NCBI GenBank assembly: GCA_009694135.1
Contig: SHVS01000006.1
Coordinates: 14,036-78,035, forward strand
DNA length: 64,000 nucleotides
Direction: 5' to 3'
Source: Alphaproteobacteria bacterium
GTDB taxonomy: Bacteria > Pseudomonadota > Alphaproteobacteria > UBA6615
A model generated the notes under the pieces. That model made no database searches and had not been told where the DNA came from. It saw nothing but the letters and a program-made list of their open reading frames with translations. Positions 11,472 through 22,459 of the stretch are shown here, piece by piece; position 1 is the stretch's first letter, and every line of letters starts with the position of its first letter. The translations under genes were made by a program, and so were the position numbers.

Positions 11472-12215
11472 ATGCATCCGATGGTCGTGATTCCGGCGCG
11501 CATGGCGGCCATGCGCCTGCCGGGCAAGCCCTTGGCGATGATCCACGGCCGGCCGATGATCGTTCATTGCTGGCAGCATGCGGTAAACGCTGGGCTCGGG
11601 CCCGTGCTCGTGGCCGCCGGCGATGCGGAAATCGTCGCGGCGATCGAGGCCGCCGGGGGCAATGCGCTGTTGACCGATCCGGCGCTCGCGTCCGGATCGG
11701 ACCGCGTTCATGCGGCGATGGAAGCGGCTGATCCCGGCGGAAGTTATGATGTCGTGATCAATTTGCAAGGCGACCTGCCGACCATCGACCCGGCGATCCT
11801 CACGGCGGTTCTTGGCCCGCTCGCCGACCCGGCGGTGGATATCGCCACGCCGGCGGCGCCGATCACCGATATGAGCGAGCACGACGACCCTAATGTGGTG
11901 AAGGCAGTGGTGTCGCCGCACGCGCATGGCCGCGGCGGGCGCGCGCTTTATTTCAGCCGGGCGGCGGTACCGTCGGGCGAGGGGGTCCGCTACCACCACA
12001 TCGGCGTCTACGCCTACCGGCGCGCAGCTCTGCGGCGCTTCGTCGCGCTGCCGGCGAGCGTGCTCGAAAAGCGCGAGCGGCTGGAGCAGTTGCGCGCGAT
12101 GGAGGCCGGAATGAGGATCGATATCGCCTTCGTTGACTCGATTCCGCGCGGTGTCGATACTGCCGCCGACCTTGAACGCGTGCGCGAGCGTCTGCGGCCC
12201 CCCGCCTCGACTTAG
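11472..12215 (+). CDS. kdsB: 3-deoxy-manno-octulosonate cytidylyltransferase
   Basis: IPARM..RLPGKPLA, SGSDR, INLQGD, ALYFSR, HHIGVYAY, LEQLRAME. Confidence 0.95.
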   Translation: MHPMVVIPARMAAMRLPGKPLAMIHGRPMIVHCWQHAVNAGLGPVLVAAGDAEIVAAIEAAGGNALLTDPALASGSDRVHAAMEAADPGGSYDVVINLQGDLPTIDPAILTAVLGPLADPAVDIATPAAPITDMSEHDDPNVVKAVVSPHAHGRGGRALYFSRAAVPSGEGVRYHHIGVYAYRRAALRRFVALPASVLEKRERLEQLRAMEAGMRIDIAFVDSIPRGVDTAADLERVRERLRPPAST

Positions 12216-12241
12216 AGCCTAGGAGCGGATTTCTCACCATC

Positions 12242-13138
12242 ATGGCTGCTCGCAAGAAACCTGGCCGCGCCCAAGCGGCCCCCGCCCGCAGCGCTTCGGC
12301 GTCGAAAGCGGGCGTGATCGCCTTCCAGGGCATCCTCGGCGCCTATTCGCATCTCGCCTGCCGCGAGGCCTATCCGGCTTTGACGCCGCTGCCGTGCCCG
12401 TCGTTCGAGGACGCTTTCGCCGTGGTCGAGGACGGACGCGCCGAATGCGCCATGATCCCGATCGAAAACTCGCTCGGCGGGCGGGTGGCGGACATCCACC
12501 ACCTGCTGCCGGCGTCGTCGCTGTACATCATCGCCGAGCATTTCCAGCCGGTGCATCATTGCCTCCTGGGCGTGAAAGGCGCGACGCTGGAAGGGCTTAA
12601 GCGCGTGCTCAGCCACGAGCAGGCGCTCGCCCAATGCCGCGGCCAGCTCAAATCGCTTGGCCTGGAGCCTGTGCTGCGCGCCGATACCGCCGGCGCGGCC
12701 AAGGAATTGTCAGAATCCGGCGACAAGACGACCGGGGCGATCGCCTCGGCCTTGGCCGGCGAAACCTATGGGCTCAAGGTCTTGCGCACGCGCGTCGAGG
12801 ACCGCATCGGCAATACGACCCGTTTCGTGATCATGTCGCGCCGGCGGATCGATCCCGACCCGAAGGATGGCCCCTGCCTGACCGCGCTGATCTTCCAGCT
12901 GCGCAGCGTGCCGGCGGCGCTCTACAAGGCGCTCGGCGGCTTCGCCACCAGCGGCATCAACATCACCAAGATCGAGAGCTACCTGTCCGGCGACCGGTTT
13001 TCCGTGGCCCAGTTCTATGCCGAGATCGAGGGCCACCCCGCCGACCTCAAGGTCGCGCGCGCGCTCGAGGAATTGGACTATTTCTCGACCACATTGCGCA
13101 TCCTTGGCTCGTTCCGGGCGCATAAGTTCCGGCAATAG
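12242..13138 (+). CDS. pheA: Prephenate dehydratase
   Basis: AFQG..GAYSH, PIENS, SHEQALAQC, NTTRF, C-terminal ACT domain (TKIESY). Confidence 0.93.
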   Translation: MAARKKPGRAQAAPARSASASKAGVIAFQGILGAYSHLACREAYPALTPLPCPSFEDAFAVVEDGRAECAMIPIENSLGGRVADIHHLLPASSLYIIAEHFQPVHHCLLGVKGATLEGLKRVLSHEQALAQCRGQLKSLGLEPVLRADTAGAAKELSESGDKTTGAIASALAGETYGLKVLRTRVEDRIGNTTRFVIMSRRRIDPDPKDGPCLTALIFQLRSVPAALYKALGGFATSGINITKIESYLSGDRFSVAQFYAEIEGHPADLKVARALEELDYFSTTLRILGSFRAHKFRQ

Positions 13139-13164
13139 GGTGTTGCCGCAAGCCGCCGTCCATC

Positions 13165-13173
13165 TGCTATAGT
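13165..13173 (+). promoter_or_regulatory. Extended -10 promoter element (TGcTATAGT) for ffs
   Basis: TGn-TATAGT 7 nt upstream of the SRP RNA 5' end. Confidence 0.5.
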
Positions 13174-13180
13174 CGGTCCT

Positions 13181-13272
13181 GGGAGTCCGGGGCGGACGGG
13201 CGCCTTGCGAACCCGGTCAGGTCCGGAAGGAAGCAGCCGTAGTGATTAGCGCCCGGGTCGTGCCGGGCTCCC
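13181..13272 (+). ncRNA. ffs: Signal recognition particle 4.5S RNA
   Basis: Conserved core CCGGTCAGGTCCGGAAGGAAGCAGCCG; terminal stem GGGAGTCCGG/CCGGGCTCCC; usual position upstream of dnaX. Confidence 0.96.
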
Positions 13273-13296
13273 ACTTTGTTTCCCCTGGGCGCGCTT

Positions 13297-14985
13297 ATGA
13301 ACAACGACTCCGAACCCGTGGCATCCACGCCCGAGCTGTTCGGCGGCGGCGCCGCGCCCCCGCCTTACCGCGTGTTGGCGCGCAAGTACCGGCCGCAGGA
13401 CTTCGACGCGCTCATCGGACAGGACGCGCTGGTGCGCACGCTCACCAACGCCTTCGCCACCGGGCGCATCGCGCATGCCTTCATGCTGACCGGCGTGCGC
13501 GGCGTGGGCAAGACCTCGACCGCGCGTATCATCGCCAAGGCGCTCAACTGCACCGGCGCGGATGGCAAAGGCGGCCCGACGGTCAAGCCCTGCGGCGTGT
13601 GCTACAATTGCCGCGCGATCGCCGAGGACCGCCACGTCGATGTGCTGGAAATGGATGCCGCCAGCCACACCGGCGTCGACAATATGCGCGAGATCCTCGA
13701 TGGCACGCGCTATCGGCCGGTGATGGGCCGGGCCAAGGTCTACATCATCGACGAAGTGCACATGCTGTCGAAGGTTGCCTTCAACGCGCTTCTCAAGACG
13801 CTTGAAGAGCCGCCGCCGCATGTGAAGTTCATCTTCGCCACCACCGAAACGCGCAAGGTTCCGGTCACCGTCTTGTCGCGCTGCCAGCGCTTCGATCTGC
13901 ACCGCATCGAGACCGCGCGGCTGGTCGAGCATTTGGCCGCGATCGCCAAGCGGGAAGAGGTGACAGCCGAGGATATGGCGCTGCGGCTGATCGCGCGCGC
14001 GGCCGATGGTTCGGCGCGTGACGCGCTTTCGCTGCTCGATCAGGCGATCGCGCATGGCGATGGCAAGGTCGAGGGCGCGGCGGTGCGCGCCATGCTGGGG
14101 CTCGCCGAAGGCGGGCGCGTGCTCGAACTCGCGGACACGATCTTTCGCGGCGACGCCAAAGCGGTGCTTGGCTTGCTCCGTCGGCTGTATGACTCCGGGG
14201 CCGAGCCGTTGACCGTGCTGCAGGATTTGCTCGACCTCACGCATTGGCTGACACGGCTGTTGCTGGCGCCCGAAGAGGCCGCGAGCGAAGCGACTTCGGA
14301 TGAAGAGCGCGCGCAGGGAAAGGCGATGGCGGCCAAGCTATCGGTGCCGCTGCTTAGCCGTGCCTGGCAGATCCAGCTGAAGGGCTTGAGCGAGGTGCAA
14401 GCCGCGCCTTCGCCGATCGACGCCGCCGAGATGGTGCTGGTGCGCTTATGTTTTGCCGCCGCATTGCCGACGCCGGCGGAGATGATCGCGCGCCTCGATG
14501 AAAAGGCCGCGATGGCGTCGCCCGCGCCCGCCGCCACCGCGACGCGTCCCAAAGAGTCCACGAAAGAGCCAAGCAGTTTTGCCGAAATCGTGGCGCTGTT
14601 TGGCCTGCACAAAGAGGCGCGGCTGCGCAACGAGCTCTACCACCACGTCGAGCCGGTGGCACTCGTCGCTGGACGGCTGGAAATACGCTTGCGGCCGCAG
14701 GCGCCGCGCGATCTGCCCGCGCGCGTGCAGGAGAGGCTGCGTGCCTGGCTCGGCGCGCAATGGCAGGTCGCTTTGGCCGCCGCCGGGGCTTCGGTGGCGA
14801 CTCTGGCCGAAGCGGAGCGCGTGACAGCGGAAGAGCGCAAAGCGCAGGCGGCGGAGCATCCACTGGTCAAAGCGACATTGGAGGCCTTTCCGGGCGCGAC
14901 CATCGTGCGCGTGCGCGCGCTTGACGGCGGCGCGGGCGAGGGCGTTGACGCCGCGGAATCCGATCTGGATGGAGCCGAGAGATGA
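13297..14985 (+). CDS. dnaX: DNA polymerase III subunit gamma/tau
   Basis: YRVLARKYRP, GVRGVGKT, Zn-binding Cys cluster, IIDEVHML, SRCQRF. Confidence 0.97.
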   Translation: MNNDSEPVASTPELFGGGAAPPPYRVLARKYRPQDFDALIGQDALVRTLTNAFATGRIAHAFMLTGVRGVGKTSTARIIAKALNCTGADGKGGPTVKPCGVCYNCRAIAEDRHVDVLEMDAASHTGVDNMREILDGTRYRPVMGRAKVYIIDEVHMLSKVAFNALLKTLEEPPPHVKFIFATTETRKVPVTVLSRCQRFDLHRIETARLVEHLAAIAKREEVTAEDMALRLIARAADGSARDALSLLDQAIAHGDGKVEGAAVRAMLGLAEGGRVLELADTIFRGDAKAVLGLLRRLYDSGAEPLTVLQDLLDLTHWLTRLLLAPEEAASEATSDEERAQGKAMAAKLSVPLLSRAWQIQLKGLSEVQAAPSPIDAAEMVLVRLCFAAALPTPAEMIARLDEKAAMASPAPAATATRPKESTKEPSSFAEIVALFGLHKEARLRNELYHHVEPVALVAGRLEIRLRPQAPRDLPARVQERLRAWLGAQWQVALAAAGASVATLAEAERVTAEERKAQAAEHPLVKATLEAFPGATIVRVRALDGGAGEGVDAAESDLDGAER

Positions 14986-15302
14986 AAATGCTCAGCCAGC
15001 TCTTGCAACAAGCGCAAGCCGCGCAGGGTAAGATAGCCGCCGCGCAGGAACGCTTGGCGAGCGAAGAGGTCGAAGGCCACGCCGGCGGAGGGCTGGTGAC
15101 CATCGCGATGAATGGCAAAGGCGAGGCGAACCGCGTCCACATCGATCCGTCGCTGCTCAAGCCGGATGAGGCCGACAGGCTTGAGGCGCTGGTCCTCGCG
15201 GCGCTCAGGGATGCGCGCGGCAAGCAAGAGGCGCTGATGTCGGCGGCGATGAAGGACGCGACCGGAGGGTTGCCGCTGCCGCCCGGGCTGAAGTTGTTCT
15301 AG
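14982..15302 (+). CDS. ybaB: Nucleoid-associated protein YbaB/EbfC
   Basis: EVEGHAGGGLV...IDPSLL...TGGLPLPPGLKLF; lies between dnaX and recR. Confidence 0.92.
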   Translation: MKMLSQLLQQAQAAQGKIAAAQERLASEEVEGHAGGGLVTIAMNGKGEANRVHIDPSLLKPDEADRLEALVLAALRDARGKQEALMSAAMKDATGGLPLPPGLKLF

Positions 15303-15332
15303 CACTCCTGACCCGCGCCAAGCGCAGCGCCC

Positions 15333-15926
15333 ATGCCCGCACCGGAAATCGAGCGGCTGATCCAGCTTCTGGCCAAGCTGCCGGGACTCGGGCCGCGTTC
15401 GGCGCGCCGCGTCGCGCTGTATCTGGTGCGGCACAAGCCGGACGCGCTCGATCCCCTCGCCGATGCGATGAGCCGCGCGGCGGCGGCGATTCGCGCCTGT
15501 TCGACCTGCGGCAATCTCGACGCTTCCGATCCCTGCGCGATCTGCGCCGACCCGAAACGCGATTCCAGTTACGTCTGCGTGGTTGAAACCGTCGCCGATC
15601 TTTGGGCGCTGGAGCGCGCCGGGGCCTGCGAGGGGCGCTATCATGTGCTGGGCGGGGCGCTATCGGCCTTGGATGGCATCGGGCCGGAAGAACTCCGCAT
15701 CGGCCAATTGGTCGAACGCGCGCGCGCCGGCGAGCTCAAGGAGGTGGTGCTGGCGACCAACGCCACCGTCTCCGGCCAGACCACGGCGCATTACATCGCC
15801 GAGCGGCTGATGGGCGCGGGCGTCGCCGTCACCGGCCTCGCGCATGGCGTGCCGTTGGGCGGCGAGCTGGATTACATGGATGACGGAACCCTGGTCGCGG
15901 CGCTTAAAGCGAGGCATCGTATCTGA
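15333..15926 (+). CDS. recR: Recombination mediator RecR
   Basis: [12 protein letters not shown]4 zinc finger, [20 protein letters not shown]. Confidence 0.97.
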   Translation: MPAPEIERLIQLLAKLPGLGPRSARRVALYLVRHKPDALDPLADAMSRAAAAIRACSTCGNLDASDPCAICADPKRDSSYVCVVETVADLWALERAGACEGRYHVLGGALSALDGIGPEELRIGQLVERARAGELKEVVLATNATVSGQTTAHYIAERLMGAGVAVTGLAHGVPLGGELDYMDDGTLVAALKARHRI

Positions 15927-15951
15927 AGCGGCGGCAAGCGGAGGACGGGTC

Positions 15952-17151
15952 ATGCGAAGGGCGATTGTTGGCGCGCTGACACTTTCGATCCTGAGCGGCG
16001 TGGCGCACGCCGCAGAAGTCGCGGTCGGGCCGGACGCGCGCGCCGGGCTTGCCGTCACGCTCTATCGCGATCTGGCTTTCGTGCGCGATGCGCGCCGGAC
16101 GACGCTCATCCAGGGCTTGAATGAGCTGGCTTTTCCCGGCGTGAGCCGGGTGCTTCAGCCGGAAACCGTGCAGCTTTCCGCGCCCGGCGTGCGCGTTGTC
16201 GAACGCCGCTTCGAGGCCGATGTGGTCACGCTGTTGATCGACAGCCCGCGCGCCGGACCGGCCGAGATCGAACTCGGTTATCTTACCTCCGGATTGTCAT
16301 GGCGCGCCGATTACGTCGCATCGCTCGATGCCAGCGGCCGGCGCATGCGGTTGGAACTTTTGGCGACCGTCGCCAACGAAAGTGGGGCGGACTATCCGCG
16401 TGCGCGGCTGGCGCTGATCGCCGGCGAGGTTGCGCGCGCCCAGCCCCCTGTGGCGCCGGTGCAACGCGGCGTTGTCGCCATGGCGGCGGAAATGGCGCCG
16501 GGCGTGGCCGAAGCCCCAGCCGGCGATTATCGCCGTTTCGCCGTGGAGCGGCCGGTGGATTTGGCGCGGGGCGCGCGCACGCAGGTGGCGCTGCTGTCCG
16601 CCGTCGACGTGCCGGTCGAGCGCATCTATCGCCTGAGCGGAAGGCCGAGCATGACCCGCCCCGCGCCCAGCCCGGCGCCGGTGCCGGTCGATGTGCTCAT
16701 CGCCTTCGCCAACGCCGAGGCCGCCGGGCTTGGGCTGCCGCTGCCGGCGGGGACGCTGCGGGTTTATTCTACTGGGACTGACGCGGCATTTCTCGGCGAG
16801 GCGCCGCTGCCGGCGACGCCCAAGAACGAGCGCGCCGAGCTTTTGATCGGTCGCGCCTTCGACGTAACCGCGCGGCGCAGCGTGACCGATTATCGCGAGG
16901 AGGGGCCGCGCAACGCGCTCGCGATTGAAACCACGCAGCGTATCGTGCTGTCGAACGCCAAAGCCGAGCCGGTGACGGTCGAAGTGGTCGAGTCCCCACT
17001 GGGCGAAGGTAACCTTTTCGAGGAAAGCCAGCGGCACGAGGCGCTTTCGGCGCTGCAACATGTCTGGCGCGTTGCCGTGCCGGCGAATGGCTCCGCGACG
17101 CTCAGCTATCGCGTGCGGGTGAACGTCGTCGCGCCGGGCGAGCGACGCTAG
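15952..17151 (+). CDS. Exported DUF4139-family protein (compact form)
   Basis: Signal peptide; VTLY..LAFVRD.R, YLTSGLSWRADYVA, GLGLPLPAGTLRVY, GRAFDVT. Confidence 0.75.
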   Translation: MRRAIVGALTLSILSGVAHAAEVAVGPDARAGLAVTLYRDLAFVRDARRTTLIQGLNELAFPGVSRVLQPETVQLSAPGVRVVERRFEADVVTLLIDSPRAGPAEIELGYLTSGLSWRADYVASLDASGRRMRLELLATVANESGADYPRARLALIAGEVARAQPPVAPVQRGVVAMAAEMAPGVAEAPAGDYRRFAVERPVDLARGARTQVALLSAVDVPVERIYRLSGRPSMTRPAPSPAPVPVDVLIAFANAEAAGLGLPLPAGTLRVYSTGTDAAFLGEAPLPATPKNERAELLIGRAFDVTARRSVTDYREEGPRNALAIETTQRIVLSNAKAEPVTVEVVESPLGEGNLFEESQRHEALSALQHVWRVAVPANGSATLSYRVRVNVVAPGERR

Positions 17152-17155
17152 GGGC

Positions 17156-17584
17156 TTACGCCTTTTCGACGATCAGCAGCGTGCCATCGGCGCCGGTGAT
17201 GCGCACGCGCGCGCCGGCCGGCAAATCCGGGCCGGAGACTTGCCACACGCTGTCGCCCAGCCGCGCCCGGCCGCGCCCATTGACGATGGCCGCTTCGAGC
17301 GCAACCAGCTGGCCGACAAAGTTCTTGGTGCGCAAGTTGAGATTCGGCTCCTCGGTCGCAAACGGATGGCGGCGCAGGTAACGCCAGGAAACGACCACCG
17401 ACGCCACCGACAAAATGGCATAAAGCGCGACCTGCCACTGCCAGAGCATGTCCTGCACCCAGAACACGATCACCCCGACGATCAGCCCGGCGATGCCGAG
17501 CCAGATGAGGAAGATTCCGGGTGCGAGGATCTCCAGCGCCATCAAAGCGACGCCGAGGATCAGCCAGATCCAGTAGGCGCTCAT
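17156..17584 (-). CDS. NfeD-family membrane protein (YbbJ-like)
   Basis: WLILG..LEILAPG.F.IW, C-terminal OB fold ([18 protein letters not shown]); partner of the SPFH gene. Confidence 0.9.
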   Translation of the reverse strand: MSAYWIWLILGVALMALEILAPGIFLIWLGIAGLIVGVIVFWVQDMLWQWQVALYAILSVASVVVSWRYLRRHPFATEEPNLNLRTKNFVGQLVALEAAIVNGRGRARLGDSVWQVSGPDLPAGARVRITGADGTLLIVEKA

Positions 17585-18747
17585 GTGTTGCCCCAGATCG
17601 GCAGGTCCTTCCCGTCCGCGCCTTTGCGCCGTGCGACCGGCACCGACGAGGCTGGCTTGCCGGCGTTCGACGCGGAGCCGGCCGAGGATTGGGTGCCGGC
17701 GCTTGACGCCGATCCGGCCGAAGATTGCGACCCGGCGGAGGATTGCGACCCGGCGGAGGATTGCGACCCGGCGGAGGAGGGCGTGCGCAGGCGCCCGCCG
17801 CTTGGCGGCAGACCGCCTCCGCCGTGCGGCGTATCGCCCCCGAAAGCGGCGCGCACCAGTTCCGCGATGCCGCCGATCGAACCGATCAGGCTCGAGGCTT
17901 CGAGCGGCATCAGGATGACGCGCTGATTGGGTGCGGAGGCCAGCGCGCTCAGCGCTTCGACATATTTCTGAGCGACGAAATAGTTGATCGCCTGCACATT
18001 GCCGCCGGCAATGGCCGCCGAAACGGATTCGGTCGCCTTGGCTTCGGCGGCGGCTTCGCGTTCGCGCGCCTCGGCATCGCGATAGGCGGCTTCGCGGCGG
18101 CCTTCGGCGGCGAGGATGGTCGCCTGCTTCTCGCCTTCGGCCTTGAGGATCGCCGACTGGCGCAGCCCCTCGGCTTCAAGGATCGAGGCGCGCTTGTCGC
18201 GTTCTGCCTTCATCTGCCGCGCCATGGAATCGACCAGATCGCGCGGCGGGGCGATATCCTTGATCTCGATGCGCGTGACCTTGACGCCCCAGGGGTGGGT
18301 CGCGTGGTCGATCACGGTCAGCAACTGGGCGTTGATCTTGTCGCGCTGCGACAGCAGCTCGTCGAGATCCATCGAGCCCATCACGGTGCGGATATTGGTC
18401 ATCGTCAGGTTGACGATCGCCGGCTGGAGGTTGCGCACCTGATAGGCCGCCTTGGCCGCGTCGAGCACCTGATAGAACACCACGCCATCGACCCCGACCA
18501 TGGCGTTGTCCTTGGTGATCACCTCTTGCGTCGGGACCTCGAGCACTTGCTCCATCATCGACAGCTTCTGGCCGATGCGATCGACAATCGGCACGATGAA
18601 GTTGAGCCCGGGTTTCAGGCTTTTGATGAAGCGGCCGAAGCGTTCGACGGTGTATTCGTTGCCTTGCGGAACGGACTTGACCCCGCCGAGGATGAGCGCG
18701 ATTGCCAGCGCGACCAACACTATGACGAAGATTGCCGAGCCGGTCAT
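17581..18747 (-). CDS. qmcA: SPFH/band 7 stomatin-like protein (QmcA-like) with Ser-rich repeat tail
   Basis: [46 protein letters not shown]. Confidence 0.88.
   Translation of the reverse strand: MTGSAIFVIVLVALAIALILGGVKSVPQGNEYTVERFGRFIKSLKPGLNFIVPIVDRIGQKLSMMEQVLEVPTQEVITKDNAMVGVDGVVFYQVLDAAKAAYQVRNLQPAIVNLTMTNIRTVMGSMDLDELLSQRDKINAQLLTVIDHATHPWGVKVTRIEIKDIAPPRDLVDSMARQMKAERDKRASILEAEGLRQSAILKAEGEKQATILAAEGRREAAYRDAEAREREAAAEAKATESVSAAIAGGNVQAINYFVAQKYVEALSALASAPNQRVILMPLEASSLIGSIGGIAELVRAAFGGDTPHGGGGLPPSGGRLRTPSSAGSQSSAGSQSSAGSQSSAGSASSAGTQSSAGSASNAGKPASSVPVARRKGADGKDLPIWGNT
17723..17776. repeat. 18-bp tandem repeat, 3 perfect copies of GATTGCGACCCGGCGGAG, plus degenerate copies down to about 17665
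   Basis: Seen directly; encodes (SSAGSQ)n on the minus strand. Confidence 0.95.
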
Positions 18748-18796
18748 TGCACTGTCCCCTGTGTTAAGTGTCGCGCCAGTCTTATAGCATGCGCCG

Positions 18797-20128
18797 TCAA
18801 TTGGGCGAGCCGGAAGCGGGCGGGGCGAGCCGCATCGTGTCCTCGGCCTCGCCTTCGATCAATAATCCAGATTCCTGGGTCACGACCTGGAATGACGGCA
18901 GAGGCGCGGGCAGATCCTTGCCCGCACTTGGGCGCACGCCCAGGTCGATGATCATTTTCGCGCGCGGCAGCAGGCGTTGGTTGAGCGAACTCCCCAGCTT
19001 TTGAAAGGCGTCGGCGGCGCTTTTGATTCCCTTGCCCACCTTGTCGAGATAGCCGAAGGCGACCGGGATTGCCTCCAACAACGCGCGGCTCGCCTCGACG
19101 ATGCGCTCGCGGTTCATCGCTTGGCGGCCAAGGTCGATCTCCACCCGCGCGAAGCCGATCAGCGAGGCGAGGCCGGCCGGTCCGACCAGGATGATCTCCG
19201 CCTTGGCGGCCTTTTGCACGAAATCCTGATCGGCGTTGGCCAGACGTTCGAGCGCGCCTTCGTTGGGCAGATACATCACCGACAGGATTCGGCGCGGCTC
19301 GCGGCCATTGAGCGACTGCCGGTAGTCGCCCTCGACCGCGCTGCGATAATCCTTCGCCGCCAGCGCTTTCAGATGCTTGTTCATGGTCGCGGCCAACCCG
19401 GCGGCAGCGGCGGCGGCGCCGTCCTCGTCCTTCGCGGCGGCATGTTCGAGAAGATACTTGGATGCCTTGCTGTCGATCACCAGAACGGTGTCGCCGGGCA
19501 TGAACACCAGCGCGTCCGGGCGCAGCCGCGCGCCTTCCTCCCCGGCGACGGTGGCTTGCAGGCGGAAGTCGCGGCCGGGCTCGAGGCCGAAGGTCTTGAG
19601 GGTGTTTTCCAGCCCGATTTCGGCATAGCTGCCGGCGCCGCCGGGGCTGAGCAACGCGCGTTTGACGGTTTCGACCGTGTCCTGGTTCTTCGCCACCTGG
19701 CTGTTGAGCGCGGAGACCGAGGCGGTGACCTTTTCCACGCTTTGATAGAGCTTCTCGGTCGCGAGGCGCACCCGTTCCTCGGCTTCCTTGCGCTGCAACT
19801 CGGCTTCGCGCTTGTGGTCGTCGATCAGCTTGGCGGACAGCTCGCGCGAAGAGGCGAGCGCCGCCGCCTGCGCCGTCACCACCGCGTCCTTGCGCGCCTG
19901 GTCGAGGTCGCCCATCCGCGCGCGTTCCAGCGCCACCGCTTGCTCCGCCAGCGCTTGGGCGCGTTCGGCGTCGATGCGTGCCGCCTCCGCGGATTCGGCA
20001 CGTACGCGGTCGGCGGCGGCTTCGCGGGTGAGCCGCGCCGCCTCGCCACGGGCGCCGAGCAACAAGGTTAACGCGACCGCGAGCGCGACCAGAGCCGCGG
20101 CCAGAAGCACGGCCAAAGTGATAATCAT
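18797..20128 (-). CDS. rmuC: DNA recombination protein RmuC
   Basis: N-terminal TM helix, coiled coil, nuclease-like motif RLRPDA...VIDSK, MYLPNE. Confidence 0.88.
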   Translation of the reverse strand: MIITLAVLLAAALVALAVALTLLLGARGEAARLTREAAADRVRAESAEAARIDAERAQALAEQAVALERARMGDLDQARKDAVVTAQAAALASSRELSAKLIDDHKREAELQRKEAEERVRLATEKLYQSVEKVTASVSALNSQVAKNQDTVETVKRALLSPGGAGSYAEIGLENTLKTFGLEPGRDFRLQATVAGEEGARLRPDALVFMPGDTVLVIDSKASKYLLEHAAAKDEDGAAAAAAGLAATMNKHLKALAAKDYRSAVEGDYRQSLNGREPRRILSVMYLPNEGALERLANADQDFVQKAAKAEIILVGPAGLASLIGFARVEIDLGRQAMNRERIVEASRALLEAIPVAFGYLDKVGKGIKSAADAFQKLGSSLNQRLLPRAKMIIDLGVRPSAGKDLPAPLPSFQVVTQESGLLIEGEAEDTMRLAPPASGSPN

Positions 20129-20224
20129 CGACAACCTCCAGCGCGTATCCTAGCTGATCGCGCCCGCGAAGCGCATACCGTCCTGACCTTGACGCGGCCG
20201 GGGACGGCTCATAGGTAAACCGCC

Positions 20225-20767
20225 ATGGCACTGCGTACGATCATTAAGGCGCCCGACCCGCGCCTCAAGCTTAAAGCTGCGCCGGTCGGCACGGTCACGC
20301 CCGACATCCGCCAGCTGATGGCTGATATGCTGGAGACGATGTATGCGGCGATCGGTATCGGGCTGGCCGCGCCGCAAGTCGGCGTGCTTGCGCGGGTCGT
20401 GGTGGCCGATGTCGCCAAGCGGGACGCGCCCCGCCAACCACTCGTGCTGGCCGACCCGGAGATCCTGTGGCGCTCGGTCGAGCGCGCCTCCCATGAGGAG
20501 GGCTGCCTGTCTTTCCCCGAGCAATTCGCCGAAGTCGAGCGGCCGGCGCGGGTGCGCATCGGCTATCTGGACGAGACGGGTTCACGGCGGGAGCTTATGG
20601 CCGATGGATTGCTGGCGACTTGCCTGCAGCACGAGATCGATCACCTGTCCGGCGTGGTCTTCGTCGACTACGTGTCGCCGCTCAAGCGCAACATGATCTT
20701 GCGTAAACTGCGCAAGGCCAAGCGTTTGGAGGCGCCGGCGGATGAGGAGGAGCGCGCCGCGCTCTAA
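20225..20767 (+). CDS. def: Peptide deformylase
   Basis: GIGLAAPQVG, EEGCLS, QHEIDHL. Confidence 0.97.
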   Translation: MALRTIIKAPDPRLKLKAAPVGTVTPDIRQLMADMLETMYAAIGIGLAAPQVGVLARVVVADVAKRDAPRQPLVLADPEILWRSVERASHEEGCLSFPEQFAEVERPARVRIGYLDETGSRRELMADGLLATCLQHEIDHLSGVVFVDYVSPLKRNMILRKLRKAKRLEAPADEEERAAL

Positions 20768-20783
20768 GGGTTGAGTTAGGCCC

Positions 20784-21698
20784 ATGCGCCTTGCCTTTCT
20801 CGGTACCCCAGATTTCGCCGTTCCGGCGCTGGAAGCGCTTCTCGCCGCCGGCCATCAAATCCTGCGCGTCTATAGCCAGCCGGCGAAACCGGCCGGGCGC
20901 GGGATGGCGCCGCGCATGTCGCCGGTGGCGCGCGCCGCCGAGGCGCATGGCATTACGATCGAGACCCCGCGCAGCCTCAAGGATCCCGCCGTGCAACAGG
21001 CGTTCAGATCCCTCGGCCTCGATGCGGCCGTGGTCGCCGCCTATGGGCTGATCCTGCCCCAATCCATGCTCGATGCGCCGCGCTTCGGCTGCATCAATAT
21101 TCATGCATCGCTGCTGCCGCGCTGGCGCGGCGCGGCGCCGATCCAGCGCGCGCTGCTGGCCGGGGATGCGAATACGGGCATCACCATCATGCGCATGGAT
21201 GCCGGACTCGACACCGGTCCAATGCTGCTGGCCGAAGGCTTCCCGATCGCCGCGGACGACACGACCGGCACGCTGCATGATCGCCTGGCGGCGCTGGGCG
21301 CGGAATTGATCGTCACCGCGCTCGCCAAGCTGCACGCGGGCGAACTCGCGGCCAGGCCGCAGTCGGCAGCCGGCGTGACCCTCGCGCCCAAAATCAAGCC
21401 TGAGGAAGCGCGGCTGGTGTGGACCGAACCAGCGCGTGACCTCGCCCGCCGCGTGCGCGCCTTCGCCCCGCAGCCGGGAGCGTTCTTTTATCTGGGCGAT
21501 CACCGTATAAAGGTTTTTGCCACCAAGCTTGCCCCGGGCGAAGGCCCCCCGGGGACCGTACTCGACGAGCATCCGACCATTACCTGCGGGCATGGAGCGC
21601 TGCGCTTGCTAATGCTGCAGCGCGAGGGCAAGCGCGTCCTTCCAGCCGCCGAATTCCTGCGCGGGATGAAGCTGCCGCCCGGGGCGAAGCTTTCCTGA
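20784..21698 (+). CDS. fmt: Methionyl-tRNA formyltransferase
   Basis: [35 protein letters not shown]. Confidence 0.97.
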   Translation: MRLAFLGTPDFAVPALEALLAAGHQILRVYSQPAKPAGRGMAPRMSPVARAAEAHGITIETPRSLKDPAVQQAFRSLGLDAAVVAAYGLILPQSMLDAPRFGCINIHASLLPRWRGAAPIQRALLAGDANTGITIMRMDAGLDTGPMLLAEGFPIAADDTTGTLHDRLAALGAELIVTALAKLHAGELAARPQSAAGVTLAPKIKPEEARLVWTEPARDLARRVRAFAPQPGAFFYLGDHRIKVFATKLAPGEGPPGTVLDEHPTITCGHGALRLLMLQREGKRVLPAAEFLRGMKLPPGAKLS

Positions 21699-22459
21699 TG
21701 CCACGCTATCGGTTGCTGCTCGAATACGATGGCGGACCCTTCGCCGGCTGGCAGCGGCAGGCGAATGGGCCGTCGGTGCAAGGCGCGATCGAGGATGCGG
21801 TCTTCGCCTTTTGCGCCGAGCGGGTGACGGTGATTGGCGCCGGGCGAACCGATTCCGGCGTGCATGCCGCCGGCCAGGTAGCGCATCTCGACCTGACCAA
21901 GGAACTGCTTCCGGGGCGGCTGCGGGATGCGCTCAACAATTTTTTGCGCCCGATCCCCGTGGCGGTGCTCGAAGCTACGCTGGCGCCTGCGCGCTTCGAT
22001 GCGCGCCGCTCGGCGATCGGCCGCCGGTACCTCTATCGGATCCTGTCACGGCGACCACCGCCGGCGCTTGGACGCGGGCGGGTGTGGTGGGTTGCGCGCG
22101 CGCTTGATCCCAAGCCGATGCAGGCGGCGGCGTCCTTGCTGCTCGGCAAGCATGATTTCACCAGCTTCCGCTCGATCCAGTGCCAGGCCAATTCGCCGCT
22201 GCGGACACTCGACCGGCTGGAGGTCGAACGCGTCGGCGACGAGATTCATATCACCGCCGAGGCGCGCTCGTTCCTGCACAATCAGGTGCGGATTATGGCC
22301 GGTACGCTTGAACAAGTCGGCGCCGGACGCTGGAAGATCGCCGATGTGGCTGCCGCGTTGGAGGCGCGCGATCGGCGCGCCGGCGGCCCGACCGCGCCGC
22401 CGGACGGTTTATGCCTGATGGAGGTGCGCTACGCCGACGACGTGCTTACGCGCGAATAA
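21698..22459 (+). CDS. truA: tRNA pseudouridine(38-40) synthase
   Basis: [35 protein letters not shown]. Confidence 0.97.
   Translation: MPRYRLLLEYDGGPFAGWQRQANGPSVQGAIEDAVFAFCAERVTVIGAGRTDSGVHAAGQVAHLDLTKELLPGRLRDALNNFLRPIPVAVLEATLAPARFDARRSAIGRRYLYRILSRRPPPALGRGRVWWVARALDPKPMQAAASLLLGKHDFTSFRSIQCQANSPLRTLDRLEVERVGDEIHITAEARSFLHNQVRIMAGTLEQVGAGRWKIADVAAALEARDRRAGGPTAPPDGLCLMEVRYADDVLTRE

Noticed and set aside
13297-14985. Programmed -1 frameshift in dnaX (gamma subunit)
   Set aside because: I saw no A AAA AAG slippery site or long A run.
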